Part shown: positions 1 to 24,000 of the stretch, piece after piece
Layout: each line of letters opens with the position of its first letter
Position numbering within the stretch: position 1 is the stretch's first letter
Assembly: GCA_964247055.1 (NCBI GenBank)
Contig: OZ176056.1
Location: 992,001 to 1,056,000, forward strand
Source of the DNA: Paragordius varius
Lineage: Eukaryota > Animalia > Nematomorpha
Length of the DNA stretch: 64,000 nt
Direction of reading: 5' to 3'
Program-made: the position numbers and the translations under genes
Notes under the pieces: generated by a model
Database searches by the model: none
Told to the model about the DNA's origin: nothing
The model's input: the letters and a program-made list of their open reading frames with translations, nothing else

Positions 1-1665
1 TGTCAACAAATAAAATTTTTTGCGGCAAATAAATACGCTGGTCATAAGCTATCTCATAAAAAAATTTTTCATTAAATCAAAACGACCCTTTTTTTGCACA
101 CAGTGTATATATATAAATTAACTGCAATCGTTGAAATATATTTTCCCTATCGGCGACTAATCTTAATAATTTGCACCTGAGATCATTATTAACCTTCGAT
201 TTGTTTCTACTTAAATATTTTAATTGATTCTCCAATTTTTCTCGCCCCCTTTACATTTTACGCCCTTTTCGGAATCACTGCTCTAAGAGAACTAGCCTAT
301 TTTAAAAGAAACAAGGGAATTTGGGAACCCACATATACTTGTTATAATATTGTCTTTTAAATGCAGTTTATGATAATATTTTGAAATAAAGTATTAGGAT
401 TTTACCAAAAAATTTTAATTTAACAAAGCGCATAATTGGCCATCTTCTGATATGAAACAGTTATCACAAAGTACAAATAACTTTCTTATAGCAATCGTAA
501 CGGCCTAAAACCAAAATAATAATTTATATGCATTCTATCAGTATATATATATATATATCATCCAGATATTTTTTGTGTAAACTGTGTATATTCAACGATT
601 GAATATTTTTAAATGAAATGGTTACAGAAATAATTGCCTAAAAATGGACCTGTTAAGATGGATTATCTTATTTTATGTTGTATTCTTAAGTAAAAATGGC
701 GGAGAAAAAATTGGAGATGAAGATTTTTTACAATTCAACATTTTTTTGCATCATGCACCTAAGGCTAAAGAAAGCATATTTATTGAAATATTTAATTTTT
801 AAATGCCCTAAGCAATAAAACTACCCCAAAAGGTCATCAAGTAGATTATAAGGTGGAGGAACAAAGTTGACAGTCTGTATATAATATATATACTTATATT
901 AAACCGATAATGCAAAAGATGTTGAATCGATTTAGCTAGGTTAGACGCCTAGAAAAAAGGAAATGTTAATTTCGTAAAAAGCGATAAATAGATACGGTTA
1001 AATGAAACATGTCAAAACACTTAAAATTCGAAGATGGCATAGACAGAGTTCCATGGAAAGATTTACATATGCCGTTCGAAAGAGTGATGTCATATTTATA
1101 TTACCACCCTGTTATGAAATCGGTAGAATCCATTTTTTAATATATCTAATCCAAAAAAATTAAGTATTAGATAAAATTAAACATTTTGTTTTCACCAAAC
1201 AATTATATAATTGGTTGTCTGCCATATGTAAAATCCAACAGATCAATATGAATTTTCATATTTCATGATGGATGAATAAATAATCATTTAACAATAATAT
1301 TAAATTATAAAAATGGATGTATAATTCCTATTATTACAAAGGGAAAAATTCAGCAGACACTCTCAAATAAAAAAATTTGTAAGACATGTATGTAAAATAA
1401 TTTTTGTAGCAAAATGCATATTCACATGATATATGGTATTGATGATAAAATAACATATAAATTTATATATAAAAATTTTGGTAGCATAATTTCACGAATA
1501 AACATTGTATTTTGACGTAATGCTGATTATTTTTTACCTAAATATTTAATGCCTGTGTCCATAAAAAGGAATAACGTAAACCTATGTTAAAAATGTTGAT
1601 TAAAAAAGTTACAAAATAAAATCACAACAAGGAGAGAGACTTCCTGCTCTTTATTAATATGTAGT

Positions 1666-10858
<9,193 letters not shown>

Positions 10859-11484
10859 TTATTTAAAGATTGAAAAGAATTTAATTGTTTTTTTCAAATA
10901 ATTATATATTTTAGAAACCATTTGTATGAAGGGTATACTTATTTTGTGATCATTTCATGTTTATCTAGAATTCATCGTTTAAAACATTTTAAGCAGGAAT
11001 ATTATCATGTATTTTCGTGACTGTTTAAAATAACTCAAAATTAATTATGGTGTATAGTTTATATATTATAATAAATTATGTAATTCAAATTTAATTAATT
11101 TTTACATAATATGGTGTACAAAATCATGGGTAAATATATTTGGCATAAAAGTATTAGGTGAACGACTCTAAAAATTCTGAGATGATAGAAATGTTCAGTA
11201 TCATGGAGTTATATAGTAAAACTTTAATATATCTTAAAGCGTTTTTCAACTCTTTCCATCACAACCCAAAATAAAAATTAAATTTTTGATAAAATGTATT
11301 TTTAAAATATAATTCTATTGATGTCGATTTCATGATACTTATGGCGCAATCCCGAATTTATATTTTTTGAGAAAACTAACTCATTTTAGAAGAGCCAAAT
11401 TTGGGACTTCAGAGCCCAGATCTAAAAATATAACTTTTTAAAAATATTGTTTTGCTTTTTATATGTAATATATGATATCTTTAA

Positions 11485-12500
11485 CACTTGAATACAACAC
11501 ATTCATTTTAATCTTTCGATTCAAATTGGTTAAATACCCCAGGCATGTTAAAATTAATTTTTTTAAAAATAGGGTAGGAATCAAAACCACGGCGAAATTT
11601 TGCACTTATATAACATTCATAAACCGAAATATATAAAAAAATTATTTTAAAATACTTGATATTACTTATTTTAAGCTAAAACCGAAAAGTAAAAATTTAG
11701 TCAACGTGACATGTGTAGATTTGTAAAACTGAAAAATAATACAAAATACACCGCTTTTTCTATTTCTCTCAATGTTAGATGTAATTTATATAAAAATTTA
11801 GCTTTAATTATACCCTTAAATTAACACTTCGATTCAAATTGGGGTATCTAAATACCCCAGACTACTTTAAATAAATATTTTTATAAAACTATTGAAGGAA
11901 ACGGTCCCAATTTAAATTTATGCCTCTGTCCTAATAAAATTTATATAAATATGCCAAAATATCTTTATAAAATTTTGTTTTGAAAAAAATGTTTCATGTC
12001 AAACTACTTCGACGCCATTTTTATTTTACAAAATTTTTGCACATATCGTCTTCATTTTAAGCCTAAAATTAAAGCTAATTTTTTATTAAATTACATCTAA
12101 CATGGATAGAATTAGAAAGAGCGGTTTATTTTGTATTATTTAATTTTATAATTTCACACATGTCACGTTGACAAAATTTTTACCTTTCGGTTTCAGCTTA
12201 AAATAAGTAATATCAAATATTTTTGAATGAATTTTATTATATATTTCGGTTTATTAATGTTATATAAGTGCAAAATTTTGCCATGATTTCGATTCCTTCC
12301 ATACTTTTTAAAGTATTTAATTTTAAACAGGCCTGGGGTATTTAACTACCCCAATTTGAATCGAAGGACTAAAATGAGTGTGTTGTATCCAAGTGTTAAA
12401 TGATGACGATATTTTGCCAAAATTTTGTAAAATAAAAATGGCGTCTAAGCATTACATGGAACTTTTCTTTCAAAACAAAATTTTATTTAGATATTTTGGC

Positions 12501-12533
<33 letters not shown>

Positions 12534-12644
12534 AGGATAGAAGCATAAATTTAAATTGGGACCGTTTCCTTCAGTAGTTTTTTAAAAATTTTAACTAAAA
12601 TTTAGTCTGGGGCATTTAGATACCCCAATTTGAATTAAGGAGTG
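11485..12644. mobile_element. TTAA-targeting (piggyBac-like) MITE with an inverted copy of itself nested inside (inner copy 11825-12395)
   Basis: Ends TTAA|CACTT...AAGTG|TTAA. Inner copy flanked by TTAA at 11821-11824 and 12396-12399. Subterminal palindrome GGGGTATxTAxATACCCC at both ends. Confidence 0.85.
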
Positions 12645-15062
12645 TAATATAGCGCACATCATGATAAAAAAATATAATTGGCGAAGGCCAATGAATAAAA
12701 ATTATACATGCCCTATGTTAAAAGCTGAAATAATAAACAACTTCTTTTTATATCAATTATTATATTAAGTTTGGACGTTGAAACTTATAATTTGCAATAT
12801 AAATTGGTGCCCAAAATTAATGGAAAAAGTTATCAAAACATATTAAATTCTTTTAAGGCAAAGAAACTTATTTTGCATCTAAATTATGGGTGTCCAACCC
12901 ACCGGGGTCACATACGGCCGCTCGAATATTTTGGCGGTGCCAAAAACGTGGCATAATTTTTAAAATAAAGAATTTAATATCGATATTAAATAGATTTTTA
13001 CTGTGACAGTTTCATTAACTTGCATGCAAAAAGTTTTGCCTCTAAAATCCGAGGTGAAAGTAAAATTACCTACCATCGTGAAAATTAACCAAAAAATAAG
13101 CTTTAACATAATTCGGTCATTTACAGACAAATTACCATTTAAACATCAACTAGAGGTCATAATCTGACAAATCTTAGCTTACGCTCGGCTTTTCTGTTTT
13201 TAAAATAAATAAATTATCAGGAAATTATTTAAAATAAAAATTAAAATTTAAATTATTTAACTTTTCAACTATAGGTGATATGATATTTTACATAACCAGA
13301 AAAATTATAAGCATATTCGCGCTAAACTTAGGATTTTCTACATTAGAACGAAAAAGGGTATTAATTATTACCTTGTAGTCCAGTGGTTCCCAACCGGGGG
13401 GGGGGGGGGGCAACGATCTTCAAAGGGGACGTAGAAAAATGTAAGGGTGGGGCGTAAAAAATTTGGAAAATATAATAAAACAAAACCAGAAACAAATTGA
13501 AGTATTTCAGGTGCAATTATTTGTGAGTTTCACTCAATAGGGTAGTCAAGTATATTGAATGACGGTACATTTTTTAGGGCTATGTTTGGTAGTTTTAGAC
13601 AGCGAAATTTCCATAAAATAATGAAAAAACCTGACACTGAAATATATATTTATTATTTGCTCCAACTCTACCAGTTAAGTGTTTGTCGCTAAAAACATTT
13701 TTGCCCTTTTTCGAAAGAATAAATAATATGTACATTAATTACATAAAAGTGCCGACCCATATTTTTCCGTTAATGGCTAGAGAAAAAATCAAAAATATAT
13801 AAATTTATAAACTATGATATGATTGATAAACCACTTTTTTTATTATAAAATAATAGTTTTCGTTTAGTAATTTTTTTCAGATGGATGTATACGGATAAAA
13901 TTTAATATTTGTTATTTTAATTTCATTTCCGCGACTTTTGAAGTAAATGGCAAATTTGAATTAATTTAAATCCTCAATACCCTATTAAATAACTAACTTT
14001 TATATGTTCTACATCAATCATTCATAAGATAGCCTAAACCCATCTAAAATATATTGCAACTTTGTGAAATATCCAAGAAAAACATATAATTTACGATTTT
14101 TCAAACATGCTCTAGTATTGAATTAAACAAATAATATTTCATAATTTATAACATTTCTTTCTATTTATAATATATATATATATAAATAAATTTATAATTT
14201 TTTTTTAAAACGAAAATAATGTAAAGAGGATTATATTATGTATTGCAAAAATTACCTGCGTACATTAATGCTTTTACCTTGTTTTATTTGTCGAATTTTT
14301 TTGCGAATATATTAAAAAAATACCTTTTTTTATTTTAAAAAAGTTGTTTATTTTATTACAAAACATACATTTTATGATACTTTCTCACACCATTTGACTG
14401 TTATTTAATGTAAATTATTTAAAATATTTGGCATCCTATTCAATTATATTCTAGTGTGATTTTATGGCATTACTTTAATGACAAATATCGCTCACTATTC
14501 GAATTTCAAACAGGAATACATTACGAAAGTTTTTTACTTCGTATATAAAAACATTTATATTAATCTTAATTCTGCTAACCGACAAAAAATTCTTTAATGA
14601 TTAAATATTACGTTTTTTGTATCAAACTATACCATTCAATAATAAATATAAGATATCTCTCTACCAGCCAAAATTTGAATGATTTGCAGTATTTAATACT
14701 ATGATTAATGGTTTTTATGTCTTAAATTTAAGTTAAGCCTAATATATCCATACCTGTTTATTTCGTAGTAAGGTGTGTATCTATTACTAATCTCCAAGAT
14801 AAATATTTGATTAACTTATATTATGATATTTAAACGCTTTGCTGACTTTCTATTACACAATATTTTATATCGCTTTTTATATCGAACGAATTATTGCAAT
14901 AATACCAAAAATTCGAGATTTTATCGAAGAAAAGCTGATATGAAGACCTAAAAATGCGCGCATCCTAATTTATTTAATAATACCAATTTAGAAATTGTTT
15001 ATTTTCTCAAATATGATCATGGAAATTTTGAAAATTACAAAAGAAATTCAAATTCGTAAAAA

Positions 15063-18000
15063 ATGACAATAAGTTACACAAGCAAGGTATCGAAATCCCG
15101 CATAGGATCATTCATTCGTGTCGTTTTTCTATGGAAGGTAAGTCATAAAAACAATTTTATTTTCGACGTTCGTTGTTTAATAACCAATTTTATAAATTTT
15201 GTCCCAAAAATTTGACTTGGTTTAGTTTAAACATGTAATTTATTTTAGCTAATATGGGAAATAATTATTTATAATGTTTTCATATCGGAATTTAACAATT
15301 CCTTTATATGTGAGGGATTTTAGGTGAATTATTTGATTTTACCTTTAAAGTAAATAGACTTATTATTTGGAATATTATACTTTAAAAACAAAAAACATCA
15401 AATTTTGGTGGTATCCCTATATTTTAAGCGATTCTATAACTTTTATTTTGAATTGAGTTGTATTTCTGTTTGGAATATATCATCGCTAATAATTTTAATT
15501 TCTAAATTTCGCAACCCTTAAACAATAAGGTTTAATATAGGTAAATCTTAAATCGATCACTGCATATTGGCTATATATAACTCATTGATAAATTTCTAAA
15601 AACAATTAATTCTTACGTAAATGACTTTTTAACGCTAAAATATTTTTGAAGAAAATTTACCTAATCATATTTATATAACATAATTATTGATGATTGACTT
15701 AATATTAGGTCTGGTTAAAAAATCATTCAATAAAATTGGTAAAAACTGCAATAAATTCATGTGAGGTTTAAAGCGGTTTATAACTGGTTCCATTTATTGA
15801 TATCGGTTTAGATACGGTTTGTTTTATCAAAAATATAAAGATAGGTTAGATATGCACTTTTCTTTTTTAGACATAATATTAAATTTTTAACAGTTGTTCG
15901 GACATAAATGGCAAACATATAGAAAATATAAAATAAGTTTTATCATTTAAATCAAATATCTAAAACCATGACGTTAACACTCGCCCGCCTACCTAAGCTT
16001 TTTAGTAGTGTTTGAAAGTGTGCAGTTGGTACTCCAAATATGAAGCACATACATAGTTTACCATTTCCTTGTATATGAAAAATTTATTAATCTCAAAGCT
16101 TTAATAATAAGTTTATTGGCCCAATGGTTTCATTTATATAATAAATTATAATTTACTGTCATTTATTTTCACTAAAATAATAAATAAAATGATAAAAGAA
16201 TAGACAATATTTTTTTAACCATCAAGTTCCCTGTAACAAGACAAAAACAGAGTTTTGTAAAACAAAATTGATTTTTTCACAGTCCAGTTTGTAATTTCCG
16301 CATTTTATATCTAATTTACCCGCGCAAATGTTCAAAACAAAGGGCTCGCCTCAAAATATGTGTTTAGATTTTAAACTAAGATTTTTAGATCTACTAGTTA
16401 TTATTTCAACAATATTGCTAGTTTATTGCCAAAATTTGGAATGACTTATTAAGAAAAATTTTAAAAAAATAAATTTTAATTAAATTTCATAATAATTTGT
16501 ATATAAAACTCGCGGGCTGCAGAAATATTAAGGAAGGCGCGGTGAACATTCCTGCTTAAAAATATTAAAATTTCATTAATTTAATTCAATAAGATAAGAC
16601 ATTTTTAGGCTTTTTATGAGGGTTTTTTAACCTTAAAAAGCTAAAATATTCGCTTCTTTATTATAAATGTTATAGTTTTATTATATCAATCAATATAAAT
16701 ATTTATCAACCTTAATTTTAGTTAATTGTTGAAATGTCTATTTCATTTTATTTTATATACAGGGAAGCATCTATAAATTGGTGTACAAAGAATTTTTCAT
16801 TTTCATCCTTCTGTACTATACCATCAATTTCTTTTACCGTTTCGCTATGAATGAATACCAAAAAAAGTAACTTTTTAAAAAAATAAAATTATATTTTATA
16901 TATCAACAAGATTTGCCAATATATAATTTTTTAAAGCTTAAATTGTCACCAATTTTTATAATATATTTCTAGCATATTTGAACAAATTGTTTTATATTGC
17001 GACACGTTTGTCAACCTTATCCCATTACCGTTCGTTTTGGGGTTTTTCGTTTCCCTCATAGTTGGACGCTGGTGGAATCAATTTAAATCGATTCCCTTCC
17101 CAGATGAGTAAGCTACTTTAGGAAAAAAAGATTTTTTTAATTTTTACAAAAACAAGTATTTTTATTAAATCTATACCCTTTTTTACAGCAGAAATTGAAA
17201 TTATAGAGATAAAATGTAAAAATAAAGGCAAATATTTTTTACAAAAGACAGCCATATTTTTCAAGCCCTGATTTTTTCCACACAAATTATTTATTTTCAA
17301 TTTCGTAACCTATATAATTGATTGTGGTACCAATTTACATTTCGATTACTTTAAAAAACAATCCAAATAATACCTTGTGATTTATAAAACCAATTTTTAA
17401 AAAAAGGGTATGGTTTTTAAAAAATATGTTTTACATTATCTCCTATAATTTACTTTTTACTGTATGTATATAGTTTAATGATTTTCATCAATACCCTGAT
17501 ACAAGGGAAAGATGAACAAAGCCGACTTATTAGGAGGACCCTTATGCGCTATCTCAATCTAACTTCAGTCTTAATTTTTCGATCTATCAGTGCTCCGGTT
17601 AAGAAACGGTTTCCAGACATGGAAAGTTTGGTAGATGCTGGTATTTAGTTATGTTTAACATGTCTCTGTATTTTTAAAACTTGGATACAACTCATTCATT
17701 TCAGTCGTCCGATTCAAATTGAGGTAGTTAGATACCACAGGCTTGTTTTAAACCAAATATTTTAACAAATATGGAATTTGAAACCATCGAAATATTAAAA
17801 TTCAAATATACTCGATAATTACTTATAAAGAGGTAAAACCCTAAGGTAAAAATTTAGCCAACATGACATGTGCGCACGAGCTTAATATAAAAATAATGTA
17901 AAATATGCCACTATTTTATTTATATCAATGTTAAATGTTTTTAATAAAAAAGTAACCTAAATTTTAGGCAAACAAACACGATATTTTGCCAAAATGTTGT

Positions 18001-21000
18001 AAAAATAAAAATGGCGTCCAAGTATGGTAGGGAACTTTTTTCAAAACTAATTTTTTAGATATTTTGGCTTTTTTTATAATTTTAATTAGAATATGAGTAA
18101 ATTTAAATTTAAACCGTTTTCTTTCATTAGTTATTTACAAATATCAACTTAAATATTGTCTGTGGTATTTGGATACCCCAATTTGGATCGGAGTGTTAAA
18201 TATATATTGTGTATACAGTATGAATTTTTAAAATTTAATATCCATAAACCTAGGACTAGTCAAAATTTAAAAAAAGTTTATTGACTTAATTGATTTATAA
18301 CAATGTTTGTTGTAAAATATTTATATAATATTGATATGACTATATATATATCAAATCATATGGTTTATGCATGCTAAAAAAATATATGGTTTTAATTGAC
18401 GGTCACACTCACGGTATGTAAAGCACTCAACTATATTTAAATTAACCATATTGTATTGTAAAAAAATTAAATGTTTAATCTTTGATAAATCAATCGAATT
18501 TTATTTGATTTACAAAAATATATTGCATTTGCTAAAAATTTCACATATTATCTTAATCCTTTTTCAAAAAATGTAAAAGGCTTCATGACATACAAAGAGT
18601 TCAAGATTTACGATAACCTAGCTACACCGCATTCCAAATGGTTTATTCCATGCATTTGGTTTTCCAATTTGTTGGCTAAAACTTACAAGCAAAATCGTAT
18701 GATCAATGAAAACATCAGTTTTCGCACCATATTAGCAGTTATTTATTTTTGCCCATATCTAAAAAAATTTTTATTAGGTCAAATAATAAATAGCTATATT
18801 TGTTTATTTAAAATAATTAATACAATTAACTTTTTGAAGTTTAATATTAATAGTTTTAAATTTTATTTTAAAATAATTTAGGCACTAATAGAATTCCGTA
18901 ACAAATGTGCCGATCTTTATGCATTTGATTGGATAAGTATCCCATTAGTTTACACTCAGGTAAAACATTTCTTTAAAATTAAAAATTTTTGAACATTTCA
19001 ATCGATATCATTCTATTTTAATATAAAATAACTTGAATTTTAACAAAAATTTGGAAATTTATCAAGAGCATTTTCACCTTTCACTCTTGTACACTTCAAA
19101 TTAATACTTAAAAATTTCAATTCTTACCCTCGAACATTTCAAATTCACCCTAAAAATAAAATATTTGTTTTTGGGCTAATTTAAATTAATATTCATATAA
19201 ATTTTTTTCTAACAGTTTAAATGTGAATTTAAAATGTTTAAGGGTGAATTCGAACAATTGACATATTACTTTTCAAAACAATATATAGGTGGTTACTTTG
19301 GCAAATTACATGTATTTCATGGCTAATTTGATGGGTCGACAAATTTTGGAGCCTCAAAAGCATTACACAAATCGCTTCAATATTTATTTTCCAATTTTTA
19401 CTTTTCTGCAATTCCTATTCTATATGGGATGGCTAAAGGTATTAATAAAAGATTCAGAAAAAATACAGATTAAGTTATATCCTAAGATAATAAATTATTC
19501 AAACGTATAAAAATATTTGTCCGGATAAAAAAATTTTAATTTTTTGATTTTAATAATAGTCTGTAATAAAACAAATTTGTCTGTTAGTTTAAATAGATTT
19601 CGTTATAATTACAATTTTTACTGTAAATCATCTAAAAATATTTTCAAATTTATTCGCATTATAAACAATATAAAGTTGTGAAATTATATATGAATGGCTA
19701 AGTAAATTTGATGCTAAAGATTATGGCGGTTTTTGTGGTGGAACCCCTACTTTATTTTTTATAAGTTGTTAAGATTATTTTTATCTTGATTACCGGGGAA
19801 AATTATGACTTTTATAGTGACAAAATTTTACTAAAGGGAAAAAAACAAAACCTGACAAAAAACAATAGTACCCTACCCATTTCTTCCCGAATCTTTTTTT
19901 ATTTTGTTAAACCGAAATCAGAGCCAAAAAATTGATTTTTGGATTCAGAGCTGGAATCGCAATAAAAAAAAGGTTTTCTTTAGATGCTCTATTGCATATA
20001 AATGCATTTTCATTCTCTAAAATAAAGATCAATCATTAATTTTTTAAGGTGGCAGAACAATTGATGAATCCTTTTGGTGAGGACGAAGACGATTTCGAAA
20101 TCAATTGGATTATTGATCGAAATTTTCAGGCATATATATTTATTTTAGTTACAGCTTTTTTTTCTTAAAAATTTTGTGCTTAGCAAAATAAAATTTAATG
20201 TAAATAATTCTGATATCTTGTTAAAAATATATTTTTAGATATACAAAAAAAAGCATTTTTTGAAACTTTATCCATATCAAATAAATTTATAATAAGTTTA
20301 AAATAGCTTAATTTCAAATTTTATTTTGATAGGTTTCTATGATGGGAGTTGATGAATTACACATGGAATATCCCGATTTGGAAAAAGATGTTTATTGGGA
20401 CGAGCCGGAACCAGAACTGCCTTATACTGAAGCCTCGAAATTTTATAAACGAAATTCCTGGTTAGGCTCGACCGCTGATATTCAGTATTATATTTTTCGT
20501 TTGCATTTTTATAATATATTTTATCTTATGTGCAGTAAAAATGGAAATTATACAGAACTGACTTAAAAATTAGAAGGCAAATAATTTTTACTCAAAGACA
20601 ACCAACCATACTATTTAAACCTTGGTTTTCTTAAAATATAGGTATCGTTGGTCGGTAAATAAGAAATAGAGATGTAAATTGGTAACACTTAATTATATTG
20701 TAATTATATGGTTGTCTTTTCAAAAAATAATTGTCCTTTAGATTTTAAGTTTGATCTGTATAATTTCATTTTTACCGTACTTTTTAAACAAAACAAATTT
20801 TTAGTCATAGTAAACAATATAAATATACCAAAACTTTAATAATTACAATATGCATTTTTAAATGGTTGCTTATTACACGCTATAGTTGGTCCATCCATAC
20901 ACAACACAGTACTGTATGGAAACAAAATGTTGATTTATTATATATGGAATAATTCAGCAAAAATAATATAAATTTATTATAATATTTCGATTACTACAAG

Positions 21001-24000
21001 TAATCTTTGTCAAACGTAAAAATAAAATAAAAATATAAACTAAAATTTAAAATTTTCCATTCTTACATTACTTTGTTTATTTTATTCTATAGTTTGTTCT
21101 TTTTTTCCATACATTACTGTGTTGCGAATTGCCCAACTATAGTTTGAAATTAGCAACCATTAAAATACATCATACTATATTATTACAACATTTTTTCCAA
21201 TTAAATATCTTCTTATATATTTATTGAATAGTTTAACCCGTGAAGATGTGAATGAAATCCACAAAGATTGGCTGAGTCAAGAGAATCTCAAAAATTTAAT
21301 TCCATTCCAAAACGCATTATACCGATTTTCCTCTAAAAATTTTGTACGATCAAGGTATGACCGTTTTTTTTATTTAAATTGATATCATAAAAATATTGGG
21401 GAAAAATTTAGTATTACAGTATAAATTGGGAAATTATACAGACAGAAAAAACGTAAAAACGTAAAAAATATGTTTTTCCAAACACAATTATATTTTTTGA
21501 ACATTTTACTCTATAAATTAATTTACACATCTCTACTCTAACTTTGCTATTATAAACAATGAGTTATATATTTAAAAATAGAAAAAAAGTACAGGGGCTT
21601 TTTGAAAAATGTTTTTTATATATTTTTAGCTTTTGTCCATATAATTTCAATTTTTACTGTATGGTTCCAAAATATTAAACACAAATTCGTTTAGAAAATC
21701 CAATTTTTCCGTCAAAAGCGACACGATGGATTTTAAAACCAATTCTCAAACATCGATACAAATTGAACCCTCATTAGACACGCTTAATAATTTTCCTCAA
21801 TACCCGGCGGAAGTGAGATGTTCAAGACAAAAAACCGGGTTTCCTTATGCCAGATCGTCCATATCAAACCATTTGTTACAGGCCACGTCTAACCTCGAAC
21901 CGATTAAAGAAAAACGGTTATACTTAGATTTATTTTATGTATGCTACTCACAGCAGAATATATAATTATATTTTTTTACAAAATTTGAATTATAAAGATA
22001 AAACGTAAACATTAAGACTAATATATCATTTTATATATCAATATTATATTTAATCCTTTTTTTCAATAACTCCTAAATTCCATTTGTAAATATAATTGTG
22101 TGTTTTACAATCTATTTTTCTTAGTAAACCCAAAACAATGAGTTTTTAAATCAAAAAAATAAAAATATATGAGTTTATAATATTTTAGTTCTTTACTTAT
22201 TACGTTTTGTCCTTATAATAATTTTTACTTTATAGTTGAAATATAAACTGTTTGGTGTTAATTTTATTAACTCAATAGATTTGTAATTACACGCGTCGAA
22301 GATAATGATACAAGTGAAAACAATAAAAATGCGCAAAAATCTGAAACTGAAACCAACACCTATTCTAAAAGTGCCGAACATTTGGAAACTAAAAATGGTT
22401 TATATTTTTTATAATTGAACATATATACTTCTTACGAAAAATACATATTATTTAACCCCTATGTCAGATATGGATATTCCAACATCGAATCAAAATGCAA
22501 AAAATCTAACGAATGATTTGAATATGCCAAATGGCGGGGTCATATCTCAGGCTCCACGCAAAAAGATTTCGACAGCCAGTATTAACAGTTCAATCACAGA
22601 AAATGATCTAACTGTTAAAGGTTCAATTATTATGAAAAAATTTTTTTTCTTATAATAGCAAATATTTTTTAATGTTGAACACACAGTATAAAATAAAATT
22701 TTACGGACAAAACGTATAATTTATATTTGTTTTAAAAATGACCGTTGTATTTTTTTGTGATATATAAATAGTTGATTGTTTTAACTTGCAATCTATGAAA
22801 TAGAGAAGTTATATAGGAAAAATTGAGGTTCAAAAATTATGGTTAACTAAAAAAATATTTACCATTTAGTTTTTACATTTTGTCTGTATAATTTCATTTT
22901 TAGAATAATTTAGTCTCAAAATATTCATTCATATATTAGGTAACATCTCAAATTTGGCCCGATTTCACAACAAAAAAATGCGTGAAAAATTATTGAAATC
23001 CGCTTCTGGCGGGTATGTCGCTGAAAATTTCACTAACACAGATACCCCATACCTAAAAAATCCGCCAATTATAAAAATTGGTTTGAAACCCATAAAATCG
23101 ACTCCTATATCTGCGTCAAATACTACATATTATGATGCAAAAAATATTTTTGGATATAATTTTCCAACAAAAAATGGTGGTTTTGCTAAATCAAATAAGC
23201 AAGCGACTGGGACCGGCCTTCCCCCCCATGAATTGGGTAATAATGATTTTCAGCACCCTTATATGGCTGATTCTACTAGAGGTAATTATTCCTTAATTGA
23301 TATTATAATTTTTAGTTAACTCATCTATATTTGGTTAAATATTTTTCCAATTAGAAAATCAATATGAAAGAATAAGGAAACCGGGTCTGTATCATGATCC
23401 GCCAAGTCCATTACATTTGCTACGCGCAGTTCAGAGTCCCTCTAACTCACCCCATAAAAAACGGATAAAGCGGAAAGCCCTCCTTAAAAATTCTACAACA
23501 CATTTTCATATCCTACTACCCTCCAAAGTTAAACATAAATTTGATCAGGCCCTTAATTTGATATCCAACGTAACGCACCATAAAAAATCGAATAGTGATG
23601 AGCTTTTGGCAGATTGGCCAGAGAAAAGGTGTGATTATCACCCTTTCATGGGTTCCAAGCATTACACCGTACGAACTTTAAGGTCTCAAAGTGGCCCTCT
23701 TACTGATGCCAACCGAGATATTCCATGTGAAAAGGCTCATGAAGGCTTAAGTAACTCAAGGAGTTCCCTAACGTCCGAAATCAAATCTTGGGTATATCCA
23801 TTGCACCAACAAAATCAAAAGAATGACCTTACATTATTTAGTCAAAAACAAAATCAGAAATCTAGCTCTAACGAACAAAAACATCAATTTACAAATCATA
23901 CTCAAGATAGAAACGGTGCTAAACACAACATGGTTCCTACAAAAGCTAATTATCTCAATTCTATGGATAATCCTTTTAACCACACGACATCCCGCCCCCG

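Noticed and set aside
1020-1130. Possible LINE RT fragment (DGIDRVPWKDL)
   Set aside because: One short motif resembling AFDRVPW, too little to call.
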